Below the pieces are notes generated by a model. The model was not told the DNA's origin, ran no database searches, and worked only from the letters and a program-made list of their open reading frames with translations. DNA of 15,362 bases from Minisyncoccia bacterium (GTDB lineage: Bacteria > Patescibacteriota > Minisyncoccia > Phycocordibacterales > PALSA-1337): positions 1-15,362 of the forward strand of contig JBBQVG010000022.1 in the NCBI GenBank assembly GCA_038211765.1, read 5' to 3'. Shown here in pieces: positions 1-7,825 of the stretch. The translations under genes and the position numbers were made by a program. The number at the start of each line of letters is the position of its first letter. Within the stretch, counting starts at the first letter, position 1.

Positions 1-630
1 GGCACGGCTATTTTTACCAAAACCAAACCGATTTCGGTAGTAAACGGCCTTCCAGAGAAAATCTGCGAAAAATACGGTCTTGTTGCAGACTCATACGGCG
101 ATCCACGCACCGAAGGTAGGGTTATCGCTGCAGAATTCGAGAAATTCTATGTTGTTACGGTCTATACACCGAACGCAAAAGATGACCTCAGTCGCATTCC
201 CCTTCGGCACAAACAATGGGATCCGGCCTTTCTCGCCTATTGCAAAGAATTGGAAAACGGATCGACAGGCTCGTCGCAGGGAAAGCCAGTTATTTTTTGC
301 GGCGATCTTAACGTTGCTCATACTACCGACGACCTCGCTCGACCCAAAGAAAATGAGGGGATGAAAGGCTTTACTCTGGAAGAACGAGAAGGATTTCAAA
401 AGTTTATCGACTCCGGCTTTATTGACAGTTTCCGCATGTTTACCAAAGGTAACGGTCACTATAGCTGGTGGTCCAACTGGTCCAACGCGCGTGCACGTAA
501 CGTTGGTTGGAGGATTGATTATGTCCTACTCTCAGATATTTTGAAGAAAAAAGTGAAGTCAGCAAGTATTTTGCCCGAAGTGATGGGCTCAGATCACTGC
601 CCGGTAGAAGTTGAGGTGGATATCAAATAG
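1..630 (+). CDS. xth: Exodeoxyribonuclease III / AP endonuclease family protein, 3' part (5' end outside window)
   Basis: Frame 1 is open from base 1 to the TAG at 628-630. It encodes VYTPNA, GDLNVAH, NVGWRIDYVLLS and GSDHCPVEVE, typical of the EEP/ExoIII family. Confidence 0.93.
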   Translation, partial: GTAIFTKTKPISVVNGLPEKICEKYGLVADSYGDPRTEGRVIAAEFEKFYVVTVYTPNAKDDLSRIPLRHKQWDPAFLAYCKELENGSTGSSQGKPVIFCGDLNVAHTTDDLARPKENEGMKGFTLEEREGFQKFIDSGFIDSFRMFTKGNGHYSWWSNWSNARARNVGWRIDYVLLSDILKKKVKSASILPEVMGSDHCPVEVEVDIK

Positions 631-659
631 ATCACTTCGCATTTTTCATTGATCGTATA

Positions 660-711
660 CGAAAAAGCGCACAAGGAGCGAATCGAGAAATGATACGCGC
701 ATGTGCGCTTA
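660..711 (-). terminator. Intrinsic terminator for minus-strand transcription
   Basis: AAGCGCACA (665-673) pairs with TGTGCGCTT (702-710). Read on the minus strand the stem is followed by a T run (GTGCGCTTTTTCGTA). Confidence 0.6.
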
Positions 712-1045
712 CGACATGAAGCCGTGCCTGAAGAACTGAAAGAACAATGGTTCCACAGAACCGGGGTTACAGATTCGAAAATGTCTCGAGTCTGTTTTTC
801 GTCAGGATGATTCCTAAGTTCGCGTTGCGCACTTTCCTATAGTAATGACTCTCCCGTTGGGAGGTCTAAGTGACAATGAGAAAGGATGTAACGGAGGGTC
901 TTAGCAACCAAGCGGCGAACTAACAAAAATTGTTCCTCAGAGATGACTTCAATAAAGTGAACGAGAAGCCTACCCTATGTGTGTGAAAGAACGAGTCTGT
1001 TTTTCTCACGACTACCCGTGAGTACCTCGGACAACAAACTGATCT
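665..1045 (-). ncRNA. Candidate structured non-coding transcript of unknown family
   Basis: Minus-strand promoter TTACAC-16-TATAAT (1079-1052) and the terminator at 660-711 bracket about 380 nt with no convincing ORF. It contains several hairpins, two of which share the 14-mer CGAGTCTGTTTTTC. Confidence 0.4.
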
Positions 1046-1152
1046 GGAACAATTATAAATGTTCTAAAGGACAGTGTAAAGGACATAACTGTGGATAACT
1101 AGGTCTAATATGTGGATATAGGTCAGATGTTATAAAAGACACTCATAAAAAG

Positions 1153-2643
1153 CTAAGAAACGTGGTGCTTTGAGCGTATTTTCCCGATCTCTTCTTCCTG
1201 AGCCTCTTCTTTCCTCTTTCTACCCTCTTCTCCCAGTTGCGCCAATTCTTTCTCAGAGAGCTTTAACAGCTCCAATGTCTTGCTCTGTAGGTACTCTTCG
1301 GTATTAAGTTTGGGATCTTCCAGCACTTCTTCTAGTAGGGCATGCAAAATAGACCCGATCCTAGGACTTGGTCCTACCCCGCCAACCTCCATGATCTTCT
1401 GACCGTCGATTTTGAGCATCGCCACTGTGACAGGGTCCGCCATAGCCTCCTCTACCATAGATTTGTACTTTCTCAGTCTATAAGGGTTTTCCTTGGGCCT
1501 GCCGGTTCCTATACGGTCACAGATACGTACATTCATCAGATCCCAGATGTTTTCACGACCGACGTTTACGATCATACGGCGGACCGCAGAGAGTGAGATT
1601 TGTTCTGTATCACTAAAAAACATGTGCCAACGTACCAATTTGGCCACTTTTTCGATTGTTACACGTGAAAACTTCATTCTTTCGAGGATTTTACGTGTTT
1701 CACGTGAACCAACTACCTCGTGGCCATAAAAAGTGTAGGAATTTGCTTCACGTGAAAACTCTCTAGTCTTGGGCTTGGATATGTCATGAAATAGAGCCGC
1801 AAGTCTGATATCAAGAGGCCAATCCTTGTCTGCTGCACACTGAATGCTTCGAAGAAGGTGTTCCCAAACATCGTAAATGTGCACTCCCCTCTGTTCTATG
1901 CCAATTGCCGCTTCTAGTTCTGGTAAAAAGTGTTTCATGATCCCTGTTTGATGCAAAAGCTCCAAGCCTTTTTTGGGATTGCTCGAAAGAACAATCTTCA
2001 CGAACTCGTCACGGATACGTTCGATGGATATATCCTTAATAAAGCCAGAATGGCTCTGTATAGCCTCAAAAGTGTCCTTTTCGATAGTGAACTCTAGTTC
2101 GATGGCAAGACGGATGGCACGCATAATACGCAACGCATCCTCGCCGAAACGATCGCCGGGCTTCCCTACTGTCCTTATAACTTTGTCCTTTAGATCGGTG
2201 AAGCCACCGAAAAGGTCAACGATGTCTTTTATAGCGCCAGCAGACAGATTTACGGCTATAGCGTTGACCGTAAAGTCTCGACGCTGTAGATCGTCTTCCA
2301 GTTTATCGCTAAATTTGATGGTATCCGGGTGGCGGCGGTCTGAATATTCGGATTCTAGTCTATACGGGGTGACCTCAATGTTTCTCAAGCTCATCTCCTC
2401 AGTGCCTTCATTGATGACCGCAACAGTGCCATAAACATTCTCGTAGACTGTTTTTGGAAAGAGAGACTGGATCTTTTCTGGGTTAGCGTTTGTGGTGACG
2501 TCCCAGTCTTTGGGTCTACGACCGAGCAAGAGGTCTCGCACGCAACCGCCGACGAGATATGCCTCAAAACCGGCCTTTTCCAAGGTTTCGACAATATCTA
2601 CTACTTCCCTAGGAATAGGGCTGTTCTGGGCCATTTTCATCAT
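1153..2643 (-). CDS. cca: CCA tRNA nucleotidyltransferase / poly(A) polymerase family protein
   Basis: 496 aa. GFEAYLVGGCVRDLLLGRRPKDWDVTTNANPEKI nucleotidyltransferase motif, RRDFTVNAIAVN, RFGEDALRIMRAIRLA, and an HD-type domain (LFHDISKP). Confidence 0.96.
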   Translation of the reverse strand: MMKMAQNSPIPREVVDIVETLEKAGFEAYLVGGCVRDLLLGRRPKDWDVTTNANPEKIQSLFPKTVYENVYGTVAVINEGTEEMSLRNIEVTPYRLESEYSDRRHPDTIKFSDKLEDDLQRRDFTVNAIAVNLSAGAIKDIVDLFGGFTDLKDKVIRTVGKPGDRFGEDALRIMRAIRLAIELEFTIEKDTFEAIQSHSGFIKDISIERIRDEFVKIVLSSNPKKGLELLHQTGIMKHFLPELEAAIGIEQRGVHIYDVWEHLLRSIQCAADKDWPLDIRLAALFHDISKPKTREFSREANSYTFYGHEVVGSRETRKILERMKFSRVTIEKVAKLVRWHMFFSDTEQISLSAVRRMIVNVGRENIWDLMNVRICDRIGTGRPKENPYRLRKYKSMVEEAMADPVTVAMLKIDGQKIMEVGGVGPSPRIGSILHALLEEVLEDPKLNTEEYLQSKTLELLKLSEKELAQLGEEGRKRKEEAQEEEIGKIRSKHHVS

Positions 2644-2717
2644 TGTAGTCTACAATAACTTTGGCTTTTTTCCTATGTGCGCTACTATGATCGGACAGCT
2701 TCATGTTATTTTACATT

Positions 2718-2789
2718 GCGCCCGTGGTGAAATGGATATCACAACAGTCTTCGGAACTGTTGTTGCAGGTTCGAGTCCTGCCGGGCGCA
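2718..2789 (+). tRNA. tRNA-Arg(TCG)
   Basis: Acceptor GCGCCCG/CGGGCGC, anticodon arm ACAGT-CTTCGGA-ACTGT, T-arm GCAGG-TTCGAGT-CCTGC. No encoded CCA. Confidence 0.93.
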
Positions 2790-2853
2790 CAGAATTTTGA
2801 AATTGATGAGGTATAAGCTATACTTACCGAAATTGAAAATTTGAGATGACTCT

Positions 2854-2927
2854 GCGGGCATAGTTTAGTGGTAAAATGCGTCCTTGCCAAGGACGAGATG
2901 GGAGTTCGATTCTCCCTGCCCGCACCA
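2854..2927 (+). tRNA. tRNA-Gly(GCC), with encoded CCA
   Basis: Acceptor GCGGGCA/TGCCCGC, anticodon arm CGTCC-TTGCCAA-GGACG, T-arm GGGAG-TTCGATT-CTCCC, then ACCA. Confidence 0.94.
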
Positions 2928-2970
2928 ACATAGGGTTACCGATAGCAAAGCGAAGCTTTGCGTTTGAGAA

Positions 2971-3078
2971 TCGAACGCCGGAGCGATGCTGAGTCAGCAG
3001 ACGAGGCCGCGAGGCGGTGGCTAGCCCGAGCCGAACTGGTGAGGTGAGAGGCGAAGCCGATTCTCCCTGCCCGCACCA
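2971..3078 (+). mobile_element. tRNA-associated 90-bp element (copy 1) plus 21-nt duplicate of the tRNA-Gly 3' end
   Basis: 2971-3060 matches 3855-3944 at about 79/90 positions. It ends in CGATTCTCCCTGCCCGCACCA (3058-3078), an exact repeat of the tRNA-Gly 3' end at 2907-2927. Confidence 0.7.
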
Positions 3079-3272
3079 TAGGATAGTTGGGGATAACTCT
3101 GTGAATTGTGTTTATAAAAGACATGAATAAGGGCTAACAATCGTCATTTCTGTTGTCCGAGATGTCCTAAAGATATGTTTCACAAGAAACATTTCACGTG
3201 AAATAAGCCTGTTTTTCGATGTAAATTTGGCATATTATCTCTAATATTCGAGGTTTAACCTCGAAAATCAGT

Positions 3273-3647
3273 ATGCATAATAGACAAAAAGGTAATAATG
3301 GGGAAGATCTTGCATGTACTTTCTTGTCCAAGAAGGGCTTTATTGTTATAGATCGTAATTACTTGAAGAAGTGGGGTGAGCTCGACATCGTGGCCCAGAA
3401 AGACGGAAAGTTACACTTCTTTGAGGTAAAGAGTGTTATGTTTGGGGAAACTGCAGAGGGAAGTCATCGACCTGAGGACAACGTCCACGGATTGAAGGTA
3501 AGAAGTATCCGGAGAATGATCGAAACCTATATTGACGAGAAGAAGATCGCTCCAGAGACAGAATTTTATTTTCATGTACTATGTGTCTTTATGGACGAGC
3601 AAAGACGTAGTGCTCGAGTAAAGTGGATAGAAAACATCATTTTGTGA
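3273..3647 (+). CDS. yraN: YraN / UPF0102 family endonuclease-like protein
   Basis: 124 aa. GNNGEDLACTFLSKKGFIVIDRNYLKKWGELDIVAQKDGKLHFFEVKSV is the YraN signature. Confidence 0.92.
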   Translation: MHNRQKGNNGEDLACTFLSKKGFIVIDRNYLKKWGELDIVAQKDGKLHFFEVKSVMFGETAEGSHRPEDNVHGLKVRSIRRMIETYIDEKKIAPETEFYFHVLCVFMDEQRRSARVKWIENIIL

Positions 3648-3730
3648 AACTTTGTGCTAATATGGCACGACACGCTGTCACCTTTGCGACCACGGGACTT
3701 GCCGTAGTGAGTCGCCTAGGAGACCAAAGA

Positions 3731-3803
3731 CGGGGCGTGGTGTAACGGCTAACATGCCTCTTTTGGGAAGAGGTGACTCCGGGTTCGAATCCCGGCGCCC
3801 CGA
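3731..3803 (+). tRNA. tRNA-Pro(TGG)
   Basis: Acceptor CGGGGCG/CGCCCCG, anticodon arm CCTCT-TTTGGGA-AGAGG, T-arm CCGGG-TTCGAAT-CCCGG. Confidence 0.93.
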
Positions 3804-3814
3804 CAGACATTAGG

Positions 3815-4004
3815 TAAGCAATAGCAGGTGCCTTGAGGCACGTGCGTCCTGGATTCGAACGCCGGAGCCGTATCGAGCCAGCAGGCGAGATGGCGAGGCG
3901 GTGGCTAGCCCGAGCCGAACTGGTGAGGCGAGAGGCGAAGCCGAATCCCGGCGCCCCGACAAATTTTAGATAAGCAATAGCAGGTGCCTTGAGGCACGTG
4001 CGTC
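3815..4004 (+). repeat. Direct repeat downstream of the tRNA-Pro end, period 156 bp
   Basis: TAAGCAATAGCAGGTGCCTTGAGGCACGTGCGTC occurs at 3815-3848 and 3971-4004, the same 156-bp offset as the tRNA 3'-end copies. Confidence 0.9.
3855..3961 (+). mobile_element. tRNA-associated 90-bp element (copy 2) plus 20-nt duplicate of the tRNA-Pro 3' end
   Basis: Same core as 2971-3060, with 36 consecutive identical nt (GCGAGGCGGTGGCTAGCCCGAGCCGAACTGGTGAGG). It ends in CGAATCCCGGCGCCCCGACA (3942-3961), an exact repeat of 3786-3805. Confidence 0.7.
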
Positions 4005-4054
4005 ATGGCAAAGCGATAGAGGCCGAATCATCGGCTGTGTGTTAAAATATTGAG

Positions 4055-4519
4055 ATGAAACAAGTTCTTCATTTTTTCGACAAATTGGAAGACAAGATCA
4101 GGGTGAGTCTCAGTCACCACCCTATCGTCTATACATTTATCGGCGGCATCTCTATTGTGCTGTTCTGGCGCGGTGTATGGCATACGGCGGATATCCTTGC
4201 GGCTCAGGGAGGTTGGCTCGGTTTTTTGTTCTATGAGCCAGTCAATCTCATCATTGTGGTTGTGATACTGCTTGCAACCGGGTTGTTTGTTTCGTACTTT
4301 GTGGGGGATACCATCCTTATAACTGGCCTACGTGGTCAGAAAAAGATAACGGAAAGGACAGAAAAAGAAATAGAGGATGAGGAAAAAGAGTTAGTGTCCA
4401 TTCGGTCGACTATCAAAGACATCAAACACGAAGTTGACGAGATCAGGGATGCAGTAACTCATAGGCAATCAACATCTCATTCAAGCGAGGGGGGACACAC
4501 CAGTAAGGTATCAGGTTAA
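4055..4519 (+). CDS. Hypothetical membrane protein with C-terminal coiled coil
   Basis: 154 aa with two hydrophobic segments (VYTFIGGISIVLFWRGVW and LIIVVVILLATGLFVSYFVG), then charged heptad-like sequence (KITERTEKEIEDEEKELVSIRSTIKDIKHEVDEI). Confidence 0.8.
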   Translation: MKQVLHFFDKLEDKIRVSLSHHPIVYTFIGGISIVLFWRGVWHTADILAAQGGWLGFLFYEPVNLIIVVVILLATGLFVSYFVGDTILITGLRGQKKITERTEKEIEDEEKELVSIRSTIKDIKHEVDEIRDAVTHRQSTSHSSEGGHTSKVSG

Positions 4520-4583
4520 TTTTCAAACAGGGGAGTATCTGCTAGTATGGAGCGCACGGCCCAGTGGGGCTATGAATGAGAAG

Positions 4584-4654
4584 GCGGGATTAGTTAAATG
4601 GTATAATAACAGTTTTCCAAACTGTGGTCGGGAGTTCGATTCTCCCATCCCGCA
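4584..4654 (+). tRNA. tRNA-Gly(TCC)
   Basis: Acceptor GCGGGAT/ATCCCGC, anticodon arm ACAGT-TTTCCAA-ACTGT, T-arm GGGAG-TTCGATT-CTCCC. Confidence 0.93.
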
Positions 4655-4672
4655 CCGAAACACATTAATTAT

Positions 4673-5224
4673 ATGAAAAGACTTTTTGTAATACATGGGT
4701 GGGGTGGAAGCCCGAACGAACCAATGATCCATTGGTTGGGTGAAAAAGGGCGAGAGTTGGGTTATGAAGTGGCAGTACTAGAGATGCCCAACAGTGCTGT
4801 CCCTACTATAGGTGCGTGGACTGCTCACCTAGATGAGCACGTTATGTATGTTGACGAGAATACAGACTTTATCGGTCACAGCATCGGCTGTCAGGCCATC
4901 CTTCGCTATCTTGCAACTCAAAAAGGATCGAAGGTGGGCAAAGTTGTACTCATCGCTCCATGGATTGAGATTGCAGCACAGGAGACAGCAGAGGAAGAAG
5001 ACATCGCTCGTCCTTGGAAAGAAAACCCTATCGATTTCGTCTCTATTAGGGGTATGGGAAAGGATTTTACTGCGATTTTTTCAGACAATGACGCGGATGT
5101 ACCATTGGAAGCAAACAAAGCTTGGATTGAGAAAAATCTGAATGCCAATATTATTGTTGAGACAGGGAAGGGGCATTTTACCGAAGAGGACGGTGTAGTG
5201 GATTTACCATCGGTGTTTGTGTGA
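4673..5224 (+). CDS. RBBP9/YdeN family alpha/beta hydrolase
   Basis: 183 aa. FVIHGWGGSPNEPMIHWL, DFIGHSIGCQAILRYL (nucleophile elbow), SDNDADVP, and GKGHFTEEDG with the catalytic His. Confidence 0.9.
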   Translation: MKRLFVIHGWGGSPNEPMIHWLGEKGRELGYEVAVLEMPNSAVPTIGAWTAHLDEHVMYVDENTDFIGHSIGCQAILRYLATQKGSKVGKVVLIAPWIEIAAQETAEEEDIARPWKENPIDFVSIRGMGKDFTAIFSDNDADVPLEANKAWIEKNLNANIIVETGKGHFTEEDGVVDLPSVFV

Positions 5225-5244
5225 AGACTTGGCTAGCATAAACA

Positions 5245-5295
5245 AAAAACCGCCAAGTAAGTGATTTTGCTAAATCACACCACGGCGGTCTTTTG
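5245..5295. terminator. Bidirectional terminator between the hydrolase and HU
   Basis: ACCGCC (5249-5254) pairs with GGCGGT (5284-5289), inner stem GTGATTT/AAATCAC, with an A run before and T run after. Confidence 0.8.
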
Positions 5296-5358
5296 ATTGA
5301 GATACAACGCGTTAGTTGCAGAGAAGTGGTCGATAGGGCACTTCTGTGCAGTAAAACG

Positions 5359-5631
5359 TTATTTTACGGCGTCCTTGAGGGCCTTTGCGGCGCGGAACTT
5401 CGGAACCTTCATGGCAGGGACCTTGATGGCCTCACCTGTACGAGGGTTGCGAGCTTCACGGGCTGCACGCTGTTTTACTGAGAAGATACCGAGACCTGCG
5501 ATAGAAACCTCATCACCCTTCTTCAAGGAGTCGATGATGCTGTTAATCATAGTCTCGACCGCCTGCTCAGCCTGAACTTTCGTTCCGCCGAGAACTCCAT
5601 GAACTGCGTCAACAATACTTGCTTTGTTCAT
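5359..5631 (-). CDS. hup: HU family DNA-binding protein
   Basis: 90 aa. MNKASIVDAV, GDEVSIAGLGIFSVKQRAAREARNPRTGEAIKVPA, PKFRAAKALKDAV. Confidence 0.97.
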   Translation of the reverse strand: MNKASIVDAVHGVLGGTKVQAEQAVETMINSIIDSLKKGDEVSIAGLGIFSVKQRAAREARNPRTGEAIKVPAMKVPKFRAAKALKDAVK

Positions 5632-5839
5632 TTGTGTGTAATTAGTACTAATAATCTAGGCTCTAATACTGGTCTCGGTCCCTCAACCTCGATTCCGAGG
5701 TCTCGGGATCAAGTTGCGAACCATGAGGATAATTATATAGTAAGCCATTTTAAGCACAATAGGGCTGTAAAGATTGACAACATTTCTTTTTTCATGGTAT
5801 CTTTAGGCCATTCTATTAATTAATACAATTTTACGACCT

Positions 5840-6097
5840 ATGGCAAAAGAAAATTCTGCGTTTATGAAACCTATGACTATAAGTTCGGATCTGGCCGCAG
5901 TTGTCGGCGCAGGCCCTATGCCTCGATCTGAGGTGGTCAAGGCTCTCTGGGTATATATCAAGAAGCACAATCTCCAGGATCCCAAGAACAAGCGCAATAT
6001 CAACGCCGATGAAAATCTCAAGAAGGTTTTTGATGGCAAGGCAGTGGTCAATATGTTCGAAATGACCAAGCTGGTGTCAAAGCATCTGACGAATTAA
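5840..6097 (+). CDS. SWIB/MDM2 domain-containing protein
   Basis: 85 aa. MPRSEVVKALWVYIKKHNLQDPKNKRNINADENLKKVF matches the SWIB fold. Confidence 0.9.
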   Translation: MAKENSAFMKPMTISSDLAAVVGAGPMPRSEVVKALWVYIKKHNLQDPKNKRNINADENLKKVFDGKAVVNMFEMTKLVSKHLTN

Positions 6098-6121
6098 GAA
6101 AGATTTAGTTCGCTTACAAAA

Positions 6122-6148
6122 ATACCGAAGGAATTCGGTATTTTTTGT
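6122..6148 (+). terminator. Intrinsic terminator after the SWIB gene
   Basis: AATACCGAA-GGAA-TTCGGTATT followed by TTTT. Confidence 0.88.
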
Positions 6149-6280
6149 TGGGGCTCTATTTCCTTGTAAGTCTTGGTACCTTCAAGATCATTTCACCGAT
6201 TGCGTCACGGTAATATTGACTGTAGCTACAGAGACACGGATAGTCCATTCCATACCATTATTCTTCCGATGATTGAGGAT

Positions 6281-6313
6281 TTTAAGCCGCCTTTTGGCTT
6301 GGGCGGTTTTTTG
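6281..6313 (+). terminator. Second terminator-like hairpin upstream of the TrmB-like gene
   Basis: GCCGCC-TTTTGGCTTG-GGCGGT followed by TTTTT. Confidence 0.65.
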
Positions 6314-6342
6314 TTTTCGCCTCTTTGTGATAATCTGTACTC

Positions 6343-7101
6343 ATGTTAGAAAAATATCTCCAAGACATCGGCCTGAGTGAAAAAGAATCCGTCATCTACA
6401 TTTCCCTCCTGGCCGTAGACAATAGTTCTGTACTCGATCTGTCCAAGAAAACCAAGCTCAATCGTTCTACCACCTACGTTATTCTCGAATCTCTGGCTAA
6501 AAAAGGCTTGGTGACAGAGACGACGGTTGGTAAAAAGACTCATTACCAAGCAGAACCCCCAGAAAGACTCGAGACTTATGTTGAACAACGCAAAATCTTG
6601 CTTGAGGAACAATCAAAAAAACTCAAAGACATTATCCCTCAGATAAAAAGTGTACAGAGGGAGGGTGGTGAGAAGCCGATTGTGAAGTATTTTGAGGGAA
6701 AAGATGGTTTGATAAGCCTACATGAAGAATTTTTTCTTGGTCAAAATGAAGATGCGATAAGCTATCTAATATATTCAAAGGATTTAGTTGATGAAATATT
6801 TTCTGCGACTGAAAGGGAGAAATACAGAAACATGCGATTGGGTAAAAATATTAAGTCAAAAGTTCTTTACACCTACCTAAATGGAACAATTCCTACAAGT
6901 ATTGACGGAGAGAGAGTAAAAATTGATGGTACCAAATATCCTATACTTTGTGATATCTCAGTCTGTGAGGATAGAGTCAAAATTGCAATTCTAGGTAAAA
7001 AGCTTTCGGGTATTTTCATTAAAAGTAAAGAATTTGCTGAAACATTCAGGAGTATCTTTAATATTGGGTTTGACCAAATGCAGAAGGGGGCCCAGTCGTA
7101 A
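6343..7101 (+). CDS. TrmB-like winged-helix transcriptional regulator
   Basis: 252 aa. LQDIGLSEKESVIYISLLAVDNSSVLDLSKKTKLNRSTTYVILESLAKKGLVTET resembles the TrmB DNA-binding domain, followed by a coiled coil and an effector-type domain. Confidence 0.88.
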   Translation: MLEKYLQDIGLSEKESVIYISLLAVDNSSVLDLSKKTKLNRSTTYVILESLAKKGLVTETTVGKKTHYQAEPPERLETYVEQRKILLEEQSKKLKDIIPQIKSVQREGGEKPIVKYFEGKDGLISLHEEFFLGQNEDAISYLIYSKDLVDEIFSATEREKYRNMRLGKNIKSKVLYTYLNGTIPTSIDGERVKIDGTKYPILCDISVCEDRVKIAILGKKLSGIFIKSKEFAETFRSIFNIGFDQMQKGAQS

Positions 7102-7530
7102 TACGACCAGGCCCCGAACTAACCGAATCGGAACTTCAGATCGTTGTAGCCTCTTGGCTTTTTTTGCTTATCAACAATGAATGAACTTTGATCTAGACGA
7201 TCTCCGAAGTCCGACGTGCATCGCATTTGCGACCCGTACGATCCAAGCAATTAGGATCGATTATTTGCTTGATAGAGACCCATATCCTGAGTCAACATCT
7301 TAGCTTTCTTTTGACTTAATCACACATACTAGCTTTCCTTTCCTTACTTCTCCCAACTTTGAAGGGCACAACCGAATGGTTTCAATACCGTCTTCTAGTG
7401 CCTTATGAGGTCCACCAGAAGACGGTACTTACTTGCATCTAGTCGCTCATAAGTCCCTCCTTATTTCTGGTTGAGAGCCATGAATGGCACATTTTAAGGC
7501 CAATATCTGCCACCACCCACTTCTGAAACA

Positions 7531-7559
7531 AGTTTAGCAGACCAAAATCAAAATGTCAA
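7531..7559 (-). promoter_or_regulatory. Minus-strand sigma70-type promoter
   Basis: On the minus strand: TTGACA, 17 nt, TAAACT. Confidence 0.55.
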
Positions 7560-7797
7560 GTTTTTATACCATTTTAGGCAAATAAGTAAGGTTTCAGGCC
7601 ATAAAACCATGAATATAGGCATATTTAGTTATTTTATCTGTTTTTTATTGTTTACAGAAAATTTTAATTAGAAATTATATATTTATATTGTCATAATATT
7701 TTATTAAATGTTATTATTTAATACCTTATTTATGATGAGAATAACCATATTTATAGGCATTATTTTGATACTAAAGGTTATATAATGTTATTTATAC

Positions 7798-7825
7798 TTG
7801 ACAGATTTATGGAATGTGCTAGACT
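7798..7825 (+). promoter_or_regulatory. Plus-strand sigma70-type promoter of the ribozyme array
   Basis: TTGACA (7798-7803), 16-nt spacer, TAGACT (7820-7825), directly upstream of the structured region. Confidence 0.6.

Noticed and set aside
91-459. Antisense ORF over xth
   Set aside because: The opposite frame encodes a clear ExoIII family protein.
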